Source: the human T2T-CHM13v2.0 reference genome, Homo sapiens. Taken from it: a stretch of DNA of 64,000 nucleotides. Shown piece by piece: positions 29,056 to 43,910 of this stretch. The stretch lies in the NCBI RefSeq assembly GCF_009914755.1, contig NC_060935.1. The stretch is one strand, 5' to 3'. A model generated the notes under the pieces. The model made no database searches, was not told the origin of the DNA, and saw only the letters and a program-made list of their open reading frames with translations. Position 1 is the first letter of the stretch. The number at the start of each line of letters is the position of its first letter. The position numbers were made by a program, and so were the translations under genes.

Positions 29056-32000
29056 TTAAATGTTTGTTCACTTACTCAGAACAACCTGAAGAAGCAATTA
29101 ATATTAATCTCCACTTTAGACAAAGCAACCTAGGCTTGGTAAGGTTAAGAGATTTGCCCAAAGTAATACAACTACTAAGTGACAGAGTTAGGGTACAAAA
29201 AGATAGATCCAACCAATATGGACATAAGACAAACAGTATTGTAAACTGCCACATGCCCTAGGTGAGGGAGCTGAGCACCAGCCACCCTTCCTTACTGGCT
29301 GTTCCCAGTTTGCTCTGGTGGCAAGCTAAGCACCTGCCTTAAGGCTCCATGGTTTTGAGCTTTAAGTTTTCCTCATTCTGCTACATTCCAGTTCCCAGAA
29401 TAGAGTTTTGCCTTGGCTGACTCTAGTGGCCTCTGTTCTGAGGACTGCAGGCCCAGCATCTGGGATTTACCGGAAACCTCCAAGATAACTTCCTGGAATG
29501 TATACTTCTCTAAGATTCCTCCAGTTATTATCTGAAAACCCAATGGAAAATTCTTTTATTCATCTTGGTAACAATGACACCTATTATTATCTGAATTATA
29601 ATATATTTCTTAGTATGCATGCCTTCTGGTACAGACAATTTGAAAGCTAGAAATAAGTCTTTCAATCCTACTGACACAATGCCTGACACTGAATAATGAT
29701 GAATGAATGACCTAGTTAGGCTCATAGACTCAGAAGTCACTGTCTCATTCACTGGATCTATTTCTTGCTGTCAGATGTCTCAGCCTGGATCCATTCTCAC
29801 ATCCAGAGCCCACCTAGGTCTATTCCAGTCCTCTATCTCTCCTTATCTATATGTCTCATGATAAAACCATCATGTCTCCACCTGAATCTGCTGATATGAA
29901 AGAACAGCAGAAAGCACGGAGTCAAATGAACTACTAGTTTAGAAGTGGTATTTCAATTGGGTTTTAAGAAATAATTAATGATCTTCCCAAGGAAAGAGGA
30001 GGCATAAACAAAGGCAGAAGATATTTGAGTTGCTGTTGCATTTGAAGAATGCCAGGCAGCCTTGAGAGGTTAAAATACAGAGACAACACTTTTGTGGTAG
30101 CACAAGGGTAGATACCAAAGAGATCCAGAAATGTGATGTGTCCTCACTGTAAACTCACCTGCAAGACACATGAAGCATTCATGGGAATATGAAATAAATA
30201 CAGTCAAATCTCCAACCTACCTGTTCCCAGACTGCTTTTTGTTTTGAGGGCCTTTCATACTTAGTAAAATCCCTGCAGGGTTCAGTCACAGGTTCTCAGA
30301 ACACACTCAATCACCTGCTGACATCAGCTATCAAATGGGACATTACTTGAAAATAAGGAATATGATTATCCCTGATGAGGGCAGCTCAGTGAACCTTTCC
30401 TCTGCACTTATCCATCCTTCTCCCTGACAGATATGGTAATGCAGATTTTTTTTTCTTCAGTATAATTATCAATTCAGACATTCTGACTCCTCCAGGAGGA
30501 AACTAGCTGAGAGCTGGCTGGGAACCTTCAATTTCATTCAAGGGTATAGAACAACTATTATGTGCTGAGTTCTTTTTATCATAATAGCAACACAAACTTC
30601 AAAGGCAAAACCCAAGCCAATTCGACAAAACACCCATCTCTTATATATGCAGAAAACAATTATATGCAATTTGTACTATGTTCTTCAATTTCTCATCTTT
30701 TAATCTATAAGATAGATCATGCTATTGTATACATTCTAGGTCACTTAACTGTTCAGTTTCCTCGTCTGTAACACAAGAATAACAATATTAACCTTTTAAG
30801 ACTATTGTGAAGATTAAATAAGTGAGCATATCTAAATTAATTAACATAGTATCTGGCAAATGTTTACTGTTATCATTTTATTATAATCATTATTATCAAT
30901 AAAGTATTCAGGATAGTCTGACTACACTGAACTGTGATAAACTACTTGCTTGTCACAGAAGACAAGATTTACAGGCAGGTAGGTGAATCTGAACTTTCTA
31001 TTTTTACTATTGCTGCATAACCATAAAAGAAATGGCTTATCTCCTATTTTTGTGCTGTAGGGATTCAATCCACAAACTGCCTGAGGGACGAACTTGGACC
31101 ATCTTAATAATATACATAGTAAATTCCATTCCGGTTTGTTTTGAAATGGGTATTATATTCGGACTGAACGTTTTCCTCCCTAGATTTTATCTGAACGGCT
31201 TACATGAGTATCCTTTGGTCACTCTGTTTAAAGCACATATTCAAATGCAGTATATAATCAAGACTGATCTATCTAATGACACTTGGAGAAAATAAAACAG
31301 ATATAAAAGCAGTCCTAATATTATGCGACTATTTACAAACAATCTCCCAACTCAGGATGCTGCTGCAAAGTAGCTTCTTGCCACTTCCAGGTTTTAATGC
31401 CTTAATTAATTATGGAATGATGTTTAATTATGTATTTTATTATGCATAGCAAATATAAATTACATACCTGATTGTTCACAATTGTATTAAAAATATGTAT
31501 CCTTTATCCTTGAAAGTGAAAGACCTTTTTCAAGATGGATAAAGCTGTTTGGGGAACAGAGTATGGGTGGAATTAATTGTCCCCACATTAATCATTTATT
31601 TTATAAAAATGTGAAGGTCGTTCTCCACTTTAAGACACTTCCTGAATTCCTCTAGCAAGGTCTGGCAGCCAAATTTCAATATGCAAAGCAGAGGATTATG
31701 CAATGTGCACTATTATTCCCCTAAAGGCAAACAGCTTTTATTTAATAAAGATGTTATTCTAAGAAGATTTACTGTGGTATTGTCACATATCAGAACTTGT
31801 TCTGGAAATGTGATTCTTATTAGTAAGAACAGATGACCTTTCTCTATGGGTAGAAGAACTATGGATGTCATTGCATGCACCTGCTAATTTTCCTAGAATC
31901 ACAGGGTGTTAAGAATCACAATGCAAAATCCACAGACACCATTTATTAAGCATTCTTTCTGGGAACAAACTATTGCATTAAACACATGATATTATTATCA

Positions 32001-32329
32001 TATTGAGTGAACCATTATGAACATTATGTACAAAGCACTAATATAGAAGTTTTCTATTCATCTTATATAATCTTCATTTTTCCCCAATTTTATAGAAGTA
32101 TGCCTCAGTAAAGCATTTTTCTGAAGATTATGCCGCTAGATGAAACAACTGCCAGACTACAAAGGCCAAGTTTTTTCATTATCAATGAATGCATATTGTC
32201 ATAATTCTAAGAATTAGGATTCGTGATTCCAAAGTGGAGATTTGTCATAGGTGTGGCCAGCGCCAGTGAAACACATGGGGCTTCTTCCCAGACCCTCAGG
32301 CTTGACTCACTTTTTTGATAGTCAAGATG

Positions 32330-32570
32330 GTAATCAGTGGGCAAAACACTTGGGCCAGACAGAAATGGACTTCTGGCTCCACTGGTTGTGTGACCTTTTA
32401 CAGGTCATTTTGTTGCTCCAAAACTCACTTTCTCATCTATACAGCACTGATAATAGTACCTACTTCATATATGCATTGAGAGGATTAAATAAGTTAATCA
32501 CATGTTGAGTGCTTTGCCTAGGGTGCCACGTATCATAAGCCATCAATAAATATTAGCTGTTATTGCTGTT
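32330..32570 (+). mobile_element. MIR
   Basis: tgtgtgacctt...ttctcatctatacag...gaggattaaataagttaat...tcaataaatattagctgttatt. Confidence 0.7.
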
Positions 32571-33174
32571 ATTTTTTTCCTCCTTCTCTAATAATTTTAA
32601 TTACTATTTTGGGTTTTTGCAAACTAATCATTGGCTTCTTTCCAGTTCTTTCTCCTTTCATCTTAATCTCAAATTCTAAATGTGTAGAACCTAAAACATC
32701 AAAAGATTAATAAAACTCCCTTCTCCATTTTGTGCTCCAGCCTTGATACCAATATCCTTTCATGACCCTATATTCATAATTTTTTGTTCTATTTAGTTTC
32801 TTCACAAGATCTGTCAAAAATAAAGTCCACAATATTACTTCTGAGTAACTTAGAGAGAGAGAAAGAGACTAACATTCAATGCTTCTTAAGAATTTCCCCA
32901 ACCAAAAAGAAACTGAATGTCACATTTTCCATCCAAGAAAAATCAGTGTTTCCAGAGATGTGTGCTGAGATGTCTATGGATGTACAGCAAAACTGATTTT
33001 TTTTCCTTGTTTCCCACTTAAGCAAAATGAAACTGTCTTCTTCAAGCACAGTAATTTAAAACAACAGTAACCAACTCCAAAGAGCATGAATTAGAATGAA
33101 AGTTCACTGGGAGCAAGGATGCTCTGAATAACTGACTACTCTGACAAAATAACATATTCTGCTAGATAAGAAGG

Positions 33175-33430
33175 CAATATCACCTAACGATTAAAAACAT
33201 GTGGTTTGGGATAAGACATTTTGAGATTTAAGATCCTGGTCTATCACTTAACTGTGTGATCTTAGCAAAGTCATTGAAGCTCCTGAAGCTTGAGTTTCCA
33301 TATACATAAAACAGTCAAATTGTTCCAACTCATGCACTTCTGCTAAAGATTAAATGAGATAATATAAAGCATTACATTAACACAAGATCTCACACAGTAT
33401 ATGTGCTCAATTAAAAGATTGTTATTATCA
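33175..33430 (+). mobile_element. MIR
   Basis: cacttaactgtgtgatcttagcaaagtca...gattaaatgagataat. Confidence 0.7.
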
Positions 33431-36400
33431 ACATTATTATACCAATATCAACTTCATAACCATTACAGTAAATAACAGAAATAATGGAATGAAACTAATA
33501 AAATAATGCCAAATATTGAATTTTGTGTTTTCTTGGGGAATTGAAAAGAATGGATTGCAATTAGTTTATAATTATTGAAATATGAATTTGGATTCGACGA
33601 ATACTGATAAAGTAGCCACACAAAAGCCTATTTAATATTTGAGAAAACAGTCACAGAAATGCAGATTCCATGATTAGGCAGCTAGTTGGTGAACAGCAAG
33701 AATGTGAAGACAGCAACATAGTGTCCAGCACACAGTAAGGGCTCTGTGATTAGTTACTGAATAAATGGATGGATGGAGATATGCTGTGGTTTAGCGGAAA
33801 CACTGAATTTAGACTTTCTGATTGTGAACACTTTGCTTGGATTTCTTAATTCACACTTATTATATGATCTATGAAAGTCATTTTAAATGAAATTCAACTT
33901 CCCCTCCTATAAAACAGTGATAATAGTATCTGTCCACAGAATTAATGTGAGGTTGAAATGCAACAAGACATGGAAAGTATCTAGCATTATGCCTGGTACA
34001 TATTAAGTGCTCAATACATGCGAATTTCCTTCCCTTTTCTCCTTGTACTAAAGTCCATCTCTTTCCCAAACTATCACAGCCTTCTTTAAATCATACATAG
34101 TCCCTCATCGGTACTTTCCTTTCTCCCCAGTACAATCATCTATTTGCCTTCCAGGTCAGTTTGAAAATCCAAGGCTCTTGATGACTTCGTCTGAGTCTAC
34201 AGCCATTTGCTAGGGTGCCACAAACACATACCCAACCCTGACCCATGCCCATCTTCTCTGCCCACCTTGCCCCTTTAGTTCTTTAAGATGTCATCTCACA
34301 GCCTATCCTCAGCTCTTCATTTCTCACTGGATGCCTCTGCCTTCTTCAAAACAATGACAGAATTCATGAAGACGTGTTTTTTTTCCCCACCATTTTATGT
34401 ATTATTTTCCTGGCTTTTAAACAGCATTAGAATCTCACTTTATTCAGGAAGCCTTTCTGGATGAAACTTATAAAACTGAACTTCTTTTTGTACACTGTAA
34501 CACCTGGGAATGGACTTCCTATCTCCCTATCCCTTAACCCGATTATACTCTTACAGTATCTCTCAACGCTAAATTATACACTTTACATGTAATATAAATA
34601 AATTCCTTGCTGTCTATTAATATACTGAGTTAAGAGCCAAACTCAATGTCCAAGTTTCTTATAACTAATCTTAAGATAATATGAGTTTGCTCTTTGACCA
34701 TAACCATTTAGAGCGTAGTGATTGGTTCATATTTCAAAAGCACTTTAAAAGGAGTTTGCATATGGTGCTACCATACGGCAGCACAATTCCTTATTTGTAT
34801 GTTGGGCTCTTATTCATCTCTGTGTTGCTAATACTTTCCATACATCCTGGCACATAGTAAGACTTACAAGATCCAGAATACAACGTTATTTTCTAGTTTA
34901 GTTCTATGAACACATAGGGGCTGAAAAGTCCCAATGTGAAGTGACAGTGGAAAAGATGATAAAAAGAAGAGCAACAATACTAGTCCAGAATAATAGTTGG
35001 ATGATATATGAAGGACTTTATATACACCATTTAATTTCGTCCTTATACCAAAACCATGAAGGAGGTATCATTATTTTTAGAGATGAAAGAAATGAAGTAC
35101 AGAGTCATGAAATAACTTACTCAAAATTAAATAATAAACAAAGTCCTGAGTTTGAAATCCTGGTGGAGTCCATGCTTTTAACCATTATTGCACTGTATTT
35201 TCTTGTCCAAATGGTTTTTGAATTAGTTATACCATGTCTACCTTCTGTTCATGCAATTAGGTGCTGCTACCTCCTTACTACAGCATGCAAGGCTTTCCCC
35301 AATCTGGTCCTATCCTTCCTTCCCAGATGCAACTGTTAGTTCCCTCCTCTATACCCTATTCTCAACCTAGAATAAATACGCTTAGGTTCCCTAAAATGCT
35401 CTTATCCCGTTGCTTTCCCTGTTTTCTCACCCTGGAATGCTGTCCTACCCTCTTCTGCCTATCAAAATCCTTTTTCTTCTTTATAATCAGTTAATTTTCC
35501 ATATTTTCCTTGGAATATTCTCTATTTTTAGACTGGAATGATGTATTCCCTCTTTAGTATATGCAAAACTTTTGGTTTGACTTGGAGACACAAATTGCTT
35601 GCCTGCCTCTTACATTAAAATGTAAACTCCTTAAGGGCAAATGTTCTCTCTTATCTGTCCTGGTATACTTAATGCTCTACACATTGCTTGGTAGACACAA
35701 CTCAAAGTTTTGTGAATATATGAAAAAATACAGAAAAGAGAAGGCGAGAGGGAGAAAAAAGAGGGGAGGAATAGGGAGACAGGCAGAGAGAGAGAGAGAT
35801 ATTATATATTACTCAATTTGGTGGGCTTGTGTAAGATCACTGGTGCTTAATTAACTCAAACTTGTGCTTACTTTGAAATTAAAATCCATTTAAAGTTCTA
35901 TACATGTTTTCAAAACACGTTTTGTATTCAATAATATCTCCCCAATATCTATCCTTATGCCTGGGAGAAATTACACAAACTAATATAATAGCATTTTACC
36001 TTCATAAACATTTATGAGCTGCAATATTAGGCAATCACACCAAGTGCTTACAGAAGTAAAATCTATTTATTCTGGACATCATTTAGAACATCCTGAACAT
36101 ACTGTCTCATATACAAAACAACCCTGAAAAGCCCTTCCATTAAAAACACGTTTGAGAAATGCCGATAATTTTATGATCATTTCTCTTTCAAGACAGACAC
36201 ACAGAAAGAAGGGAAAAAAGTCCTCCGAACTAGACAATAAATTATATCTTCAAAACATCCCTCTATAAGATCCCCACCCCCAGACCAGTGCAGATTTGCA
36301 GGGAAGGCTCTGTGCCCCTTTAGTGCGAGTACCATCTCAAGTGTGAGGTAATCCCATTATATTCATCGCAATTAGCCTGTGTCCTGAGCCTCCTGCTGAC

Positions 36401-37127
36401 AAAAGGCTACCCATTTTGCTCCTAATTAAGAGCAGAAAATTCTTCCCAAACTACCTTCATTATTACACACTGCGTGCTTGGCTCTATCAGGCAATACCTT
36501 CACATTCTGGAAGAATCAACTACCTCTTTTTAAATTGGAGATAACCACACCAGTGTTAATTATGTCAATTAAAACCTTTTCCTACACTCAGCAGATGAAA
36601 CTCATTTCACTAGAACAACACTGGGGCTACAGGAAAGAGAAACCTTCGTTACAATGAAAGGTAATTAGAGAGATCATGTTTGCCTTAAAAACAAACACAC
36701 AGAATAAACAGAAACAGGAGAAAAATCTTGTTCAACCAAAAGAAAATTATCACGTAAACCTTCTTAGTAAAGTATACGGTTACTTTAAAAATAAAAAATC
36801 TGAAATGGTGAAACAAGTAAAACTCAGCCAGGTTCTCCTTTGACCATAATATAGCTGAAAACGGAGGAAATATGCAAGACTGCAAGAGCCGCACTTTATG
36901 TTAGACAGCAACCTGCTTAGATAACCAACTCTGTGAAGAGACAAGTCCCTTTCTTCCCCCACTCTGAATGGAAAACAGTGGAATTTGAAATACGATATTC
37001 CTAAGGATATTTACTGCATTAACAGTCACTGAGAACCACAGGTCACTTTTACTCACTCTGACCCTAGTAGAAAACAGCTGGTTCACTTTATTTCCCCCAA
37101 CACCCACCAGCATCATCAAATGCCTAA

Positions 37128-37588
<461 letters not shown>

Positions 37589-37924
37589 CCAATGCTTGTT
37601 TTCTGTTACTCATCCGTAGAAACCTAATCCTCAATGCAGTGGTATTAGGAGGTGGAGCTCTTGAAGTCCTTAGGGTGGAGCCTCATGAATGGGATTGGTA
37701 CTCTTATAAGTTAGTTCCCAGAACACTCCCTTCCCCTTCAACCTTGTAAGGTTATAGTGAGAAGACAGCTGTCTATGAACCAGGAAGTGAGCTCTCACCA
37801 GATATGGAATCTGCTTGTACCTTGATGTCAGACTTTCCAGTTTCTAGAATTGTGAAGAAATAAATATTGTTGAAGCTACCCAGTTTATGGTATTTTGTTA
37901 CAGCAGCCCAAACTGATTAAGACA
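37589..37924 (+). mobile_element. MLT1A-like LTR, split near its 5' end by the AluY
   Basis: ggtggagcctcatgaatgggatt...gaaataaat...ggtattttgttacagcagcccaaactgattaagaca. Confidence 0.85.
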
Positions 37925-37964
37925 GGCTTTTATGGTATATTTATGTCTGCAATTGTCAAAACAG

Positions 37965-38125
37965 GATCCCAGAGCAGCAAGCGGGGCCAGTAAACTTGTT
38001 AAGAATGCAAATTCTTCCCCATTGCAGACCTTCTGAATTTGAAACTCTCTGGGTAGAGTGCAACAATGTGTGTTTTATCAAGACTTCCAGGTGATTTCCA
38101 TGCACACTAAAGTTTGAGAATACTG
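37965..38125. mobile_element. MER5A-like hAT DNA transposon relic
   Basis: cttgttaagaatgcaaattc...gtgttttatcaagacttccaggtgatt...aaagtttgagaatactg. Confidence 0.75.
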
Positions 38126-39749
38126 TAAACGTCTCCTAAAGCGTCTCCTTGTCTGTACTCTTGCTCATTTCTAATACACTCTCCACATTCTGCTACCAGA
38201 TAAGTTTTTCTAAAATCTGAATCTGATCTTATCAACCTCTCTCTCACCTTAAAACCCATCAGTGACACTGTTATTCCATCCTCCATCAAATAATTCGTAC
38301 TATTTAGATAACAAACCAAACCTTTTACCATCTGGCCCCAGCTGACCTAAGCAAAGTCACATCTTCCCATTCCCTTGTGTACCTGCTCTGCTCAGGCCAA
38401 GATGAATTTCCTGCAGCTTCATGAAAAAGCCATGCTCTTTGAGGAATCTGTGCTTTGCTCTTTTTCTCTGCTCGGAATGAATCCCTCACCGCTTCTGCCT
38501 GTCAAACTTCTTATGTTAAGTATTTTCGAGCATCATCCCCTCTCCGAGGCCTCCTGTGGCTCCACTCCTTTCTGTCTACTTCTCCTGTTGTGCCTACAAA
38601 TTGTGTTGAGTCTAGAGACCTCTATAACGCACAACTTTGAAAAATACACTTGAATTGTCATGCTATATGGTCGTCCACTCAAACATATCTCTCCCTCACT
38701 AGGCGCTTGAACTCTTCAGAGTTGAGGAAGGTACTTGGGCAAATTATGTCTCTTTTATTTTTAGATACTTAAATGAGAATACATTATGCATCTATCATTC
38801 ATTCTAATTACTACTTATTATAGTGAATGAATAAATGAATTGACTCTGGAGCACTTACTGTATGCAGCACTGTTATGCTCGTGATTTACCTCTAGTATCC
38901 CTATTTTACAGATTAGAAAAAGAACAATAGCAACAAAACTGAGCCTCAGAGATCTTAATTATGATGTTTTAATAGCCTACCGCAGTTCTGGGCACATTGG
39001 TCATGCTCTTTAAAATTTATTTGATTGTAAGCTATAGCAATGGTGTCAATCCTCTTGAAAAATTTTCTGTCTGAATAAGGGTATGAAGTTGACCATAAAG
39101 TCTCTCTCCTTAATGCATATTTAATTCTGGTTTAGATTTGCCAATCAAAATTTATAAAGACAGTTGGAAACTAACTTATCTTTATAACTCATTACGCACA
39201 TTCAATTTTCCCAATTTTATTCATGATTGGGCACAGCTAAATCATTACAGCAGTTATCATAGTTGAAGTTGTTTTAGTTTAGACCCTCAAATTAATATAT
39301 ACTAAGGAAGAATTTAATTAGCTGAAACCTAAATTGTCATTATTAATTTACTAGTTATATTACAATACCTTGTAAAACATTTATGTTCCAGTAAATGGAG
39401 TACCTACTTTCCAGTGACCACATGGCATAGCTAATTTAGTATACAACTAAATATTTAATTACTAATCTTAGTAAAGCTAAAGGTACTTAGTTGAAATTAA
39501 ATTGTATTACTTGCAACAAAATGCTTAAACATCATGACTCTAGACCTACCCAAAGTCACTTCTCCTGCTTTCTTGTTACAAAATCTTATCAAAGTAGTAA
39601 TGGAAGTTGAAAGATTTATAAGTATTTCTGAAACATTCTCAGAATAACTGTAAAGGGTAGATGGAACTATTGTAAATTAGTCAGCACATTTTATGGCAAG
39701 GTCAAATGGGGAAGGTCTGAACATTTTTTCATTAATGTTAATATTCAGA

Positions 39750-39912
39750 AGGGTACAGAGTTTTCATTTGGTATGATGAAAATTCTAGAAATGGATAGTG
39801 GTGATGGTTGTACAACATTGCAAATGTATTTAATGCCCATAATTCTTCACTTAAACATGATTAAAATGGCAAATTTTATATTATGTTTATATTTTATCGC
39901 AATAAAAATAAT
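39750..39912 (+). mobile_element. L1MB 3' end
   Basis: gggtacagagtttt...ttctagaaatggatagtggtgatggttgtacaacattg...aataaaaa. Confidence 0.8.
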
Positions 39913-41094
39913 ACATTCAGGTTTGATAACTAAATGATATTTTGTCTCACTTAGTACACTAAGATACTTAATAGTTCGACTTAAATTCAACTGTGTCCAT
40001 GTCATGCCTGGCACTTGTCTACTGTAACTGATGTGTTAAAAAATAAAATCCCAACCAACCTACTTTATCTTTTTATCATCTAAGATGGACTACTTCACAG
40101 ACTTATGAAGTATTTACTCAATCAATAATGGAAATGTATAAAATCCCTAAACACATCATATTCATCACACTATGTTGCAATTGCTCCTTTATTGTTGTCT
40201 TCCTCATACACTGTTGAATGTTGAGTACTGAATAGGCCATGTTCACCATCACATCCCAGCTTCTCAGCATACTGTGAGGTAGCTCTTAAATGAATTCATT
40301 TATAGATTGTTTAGATTATCTTTTAATTACTCAAAGTTAGTGTCCAGTTTCTTTAAAAAAATAGTTCAGAAAGACATGTTCTTTGCTCAACTAGTGATTC
40401 AATTACATAAATTATAAATAGGTGTGACATGAAAACATACATAGGCAATACACATTCAAGAACATACAATGTTAATCATAAATGCAACAGTAAGCCATCT
40501 TCTGCTATTTGAATGTACTTACCTCCATTAAACATTAAACAGTCCATAAATGCAGAAAAACACATTGAAGTATCTATATAATTGAGCAACAAATAGTGAT
40601 GCTGGACACTGACTTATTTTCAAAAGCAGAACTGGTGCTTTAGGGAGACAGAAGTCTATTATACTAATTAGAGGCCATTGCCCTACCTCCACAGATGATG
40701 CTCTCTTGGGTAGATATCAAAGCAGACACTCTTGAATAGATGCTTTTCAAGTTAATGACTCAACAATCAAATGACAGTAATCCTAGTATCTCTGGTAAGA
40801 TCAACTGCTTAAATCAGAGTCACCTTCCAAAAGTACTGCTCAGTGACAGTGAAACTCAAGGTTGCTATATTAGGGCAGAAATGTGCTTGCCCATCCATGC
40901 TGATATTGTGGAGCATGTGATTACAAAGTTGTTCAAAATAGTCCTACTACAGGTCAAAATCAGAGGCAGAGAATGACATGAAATAGTTGGCCAATTAGCT
41001 GAGAAGCTCCAAAGAATTGTATGCACCCCATAATATCTTTCTTAATGACTTGTCACATTATATTCATTTAAAAAAAAACTTAGGTAATACCTGT

Positions 41095-41290
41095 TATTCA
41101 AAAATATTTACTCAATTCTTATAATAGTGCCTATGAGACAGGCACTATTATTCTCATTTTATAGATGAGGAAGCACACGAGGTTTAAGTAACTTGCTCAA
41201 AGTTCCACAGCTAGTAAATGGCAGTGCTGGGATTTGAAACAAGGAAACCTGGATCTAGAAACCATGTTCTTAAATACTCTACTTTTATGT
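41095..41290 (-). mobile_element. MIR
   Basis: ctcattttatagatgaggaa...aagtaacttgctcaaag...cagctagtaaatggcagtgctgggatttgaa. Confidence 0.8.
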
Positions 41291-42989
41291 ATCAATATAT
41301 TTTAATAGAAGTATTAAAAATAAGAACAGTTTCTTTAAGGCATTTTTTGGGGTGGGTAGAAGGACATTATGGACATTCACATGTGCTTCCTAAGAATGTA
41401 ATCAAAGCACGTGTGTTTTATTCTAATCTTGGAGAACAGGGCTCAGTGAATGAATGATATACCAGGTGGTGTGCAATCAGGCATGATCACAGAGCTCAAG
41501 AATGTTAAGATTCAGCAAATAAGCAAAGAGGGTCTGGGCAAGACAGAATAAATAAGAGGGAAAAACTGGCATATTGTTTACACTGTTTAAGCAGTATAGA
41601 GTTTGCTAAGTGTTTGCCTTAATTGTGTATGCTTCTTTTTAGATTTTTCCAATCTATACCTAAACTTCCCTAGGATAGGGACCATAGCTGGATCATTTCT
41701 GTATCCATGCATCATTGTAAGTCCCAGCACAGTATTATTAATATTACTGTGCAAATAAGTATTTTTTAATACCAAGGGGCAAATGAGTATTTGTTGAATT
41801 GTTAATTGACTTCAAAGGCTGCAGATGATTTATTTACCTGAATTTTATTTTCCTGGGGTCAGTCTACAGTCAACCTGGAAAGATAGAGAAGATATGACTT
41901 TCAAATTGTTCAGGACAACTACATAGGTGATTTTAAGAAACTGGAGAATGGAAAGCATTATTTAATCTGGATTGTATTGGAATTTGCTTTCTAAAAGGCA
42001 TAGTGTAGCTGATAACTGCTAACAAGCATTATTCATCATACTACATTTTATCCTGCTTTTTTCAAAACACTCACTAAAGAAATGACTACTGCTAAAGGAA
42101 ATTCTTACTTGTGTATTACAAAAGCCATTTTCATAAAGCCTTTGTAAATTCTACATATACATAAAGAAAAACATCAACTTTAATAAAATAATGGATATTT
42201 GAACTAAACATGATATTCAAAATGTTATACTTGGGAAGTTAACGGAATGCTATATGCTGAGATAACAAGAGACAAAATCATCCTACAACATCCCCTATCC
42301 TTCATAAATTAAATCTGAGAACATTAAAAACAGTCATAACAATGAAAAGGATTACTTATGGAAAGAAAACAGAAAAGAGAAAGTGGTTAGTGAAGATATT
42401 TGCCTCTGAAGATCTCAAAACTGTGCATCCTAGAGCAGAGGTAATAAAAATTGTTATTTCTAAGAAATAGATCCAAAGTGACTCCATTCAATTCACAGCA
42501 GGAACATTCAAAGTAGCAATTAATGCAACCACTGGTGTGGAATTGTTTTCCAAATGCCATCCTGTTGGGTGACTTTTTTGTTGTTGTTGTTGTTTTTTAA
42601 TGGAAGCAGGGCACTGAAGACATGGTAAAGTCACATCAATTATATAACTGAAAATTTCATGAAAGATTATCAATACCACCACTCAAAAATATGAATATAA
42701 CCAATAATACTTTTGGTTAAATGAAAGAGGAACTTAGCAGGTACTGTTTACCAAAGACATTAATGGTAGTGCTTGAAACTCCTCAATATTTGATCATGAG
42801 AAATAAATGTAGGGGCGTACATCTTAGTGGCGCATGAAGCCAATGAGGCCGAAGTTTGGAATTGCGAATATCTAGGTTCAAATCCCCAAAACTTGGCCAT
42901 CAATATTGGGGAGATATTGGACCAAAAAAATTCCTAAACCTCATATTACCTGGGGACTCAGCTTACTCATTTGAAAGGCATGAGAAGTT

Positions 42990-43245
42990 ACTGTAGCATC
43001 ATGGTTAAGAATTTGGACTCAGGTCCAGATAGCTTGGGTTGAAATCCTGGCATTAGGACATGCTAACTGTGCATCTTTGGACATATTAATTGACCTTTCT
43101 TTGCCTCATCTGTAAAAATGTGGATATAATAGTACTTTGCATATAGGGCCATTGTGAATATTGCTAAATTAGAACACATAAAATCATAGAGTAGTGACTG
43201 GCCCATAGTAAAGACACAATAAATGTTCATTAATGTTATTATTAT
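42990..43245 (+). mobile_element. MIR
   Basis: gtagcatcatggttaaga...ttgggttgaaatcctgg...cctcatctgtaaaa...ggcccatagtaa. Confidence 0.75.
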
Positions 43246-43835
43246 TATCTACGAAAGGAAGGTCCTTTCTAGTTTTGAACTTCAATGTAACATTGCATGG
43301 GACTCTTTTCTCTTTTTTCCCAAGACTTGAAATAAAGCAACAAACGTCAAGTGATACATTTATCAGCTGGAAGATAAGCATCTTGAGTCATTCAGCACAT
43401 AATACTTCCTTTCAAAGGAGAAGTGATATGTCTTAACTGGCACTCACGAAACAGGGAATCCCTCTCTTAAAAGTTGGGTGGTATATTTTGAAAGAGAGAA
43501 TGTATGGGAAAGGCTGGGAGCAGGGGGACAATATTTTATAAGGAGGATCTAGAAAATTATTTAAAAGGAAATAAAAACCTAGAACTCTCTCAGAGTCATT
43601 ATACTAACAATTCCAACTAGTTAAAGAAAGATGTTCTTCTTAGTCATTTTCTGCCTCTAGCCAAAGACAGAGATATAATTACACACCTCCTCATTTTATA
43701 AAACCAGGGTGACAGAGAAAGTTCATTCGGAAGCCCAGGGGGATAGTAGAGTAAGAGGCATCATTGGTGAAGAGGTAAAGCAGAACTATTTTTCATTCTT
43801 TCTAGAACTAGGCAGAATATTTAAATGAATGGTAG

Positions 43836-43910
43836 GAAGAAAGGAAAAAGGGAATGAAGGAAGGAAAGAAGAGAGGGAGGGAGGAAAGAAAGGAGGTACG
43901 GAAGAAAAAG
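43836..43910 (+). repeat. Polypurine (GGAA/GAGG)n low-complexity tract
   Basis: Almost purely A/G on the + strand. Confidence 0.8.

Noticed and set aside
34782-34794. cacaattccttat, resembling a DLG2 exon end (TIPY)
   Set aside because: Wrong strand for the gene, with no flanking codon match or splice sites; chance match.
42811-42890. tRNA-like segment with ggttcaaatccc
   Set aside because: No cloverleaf; best explained as the tRNA-derived head of a MIR.
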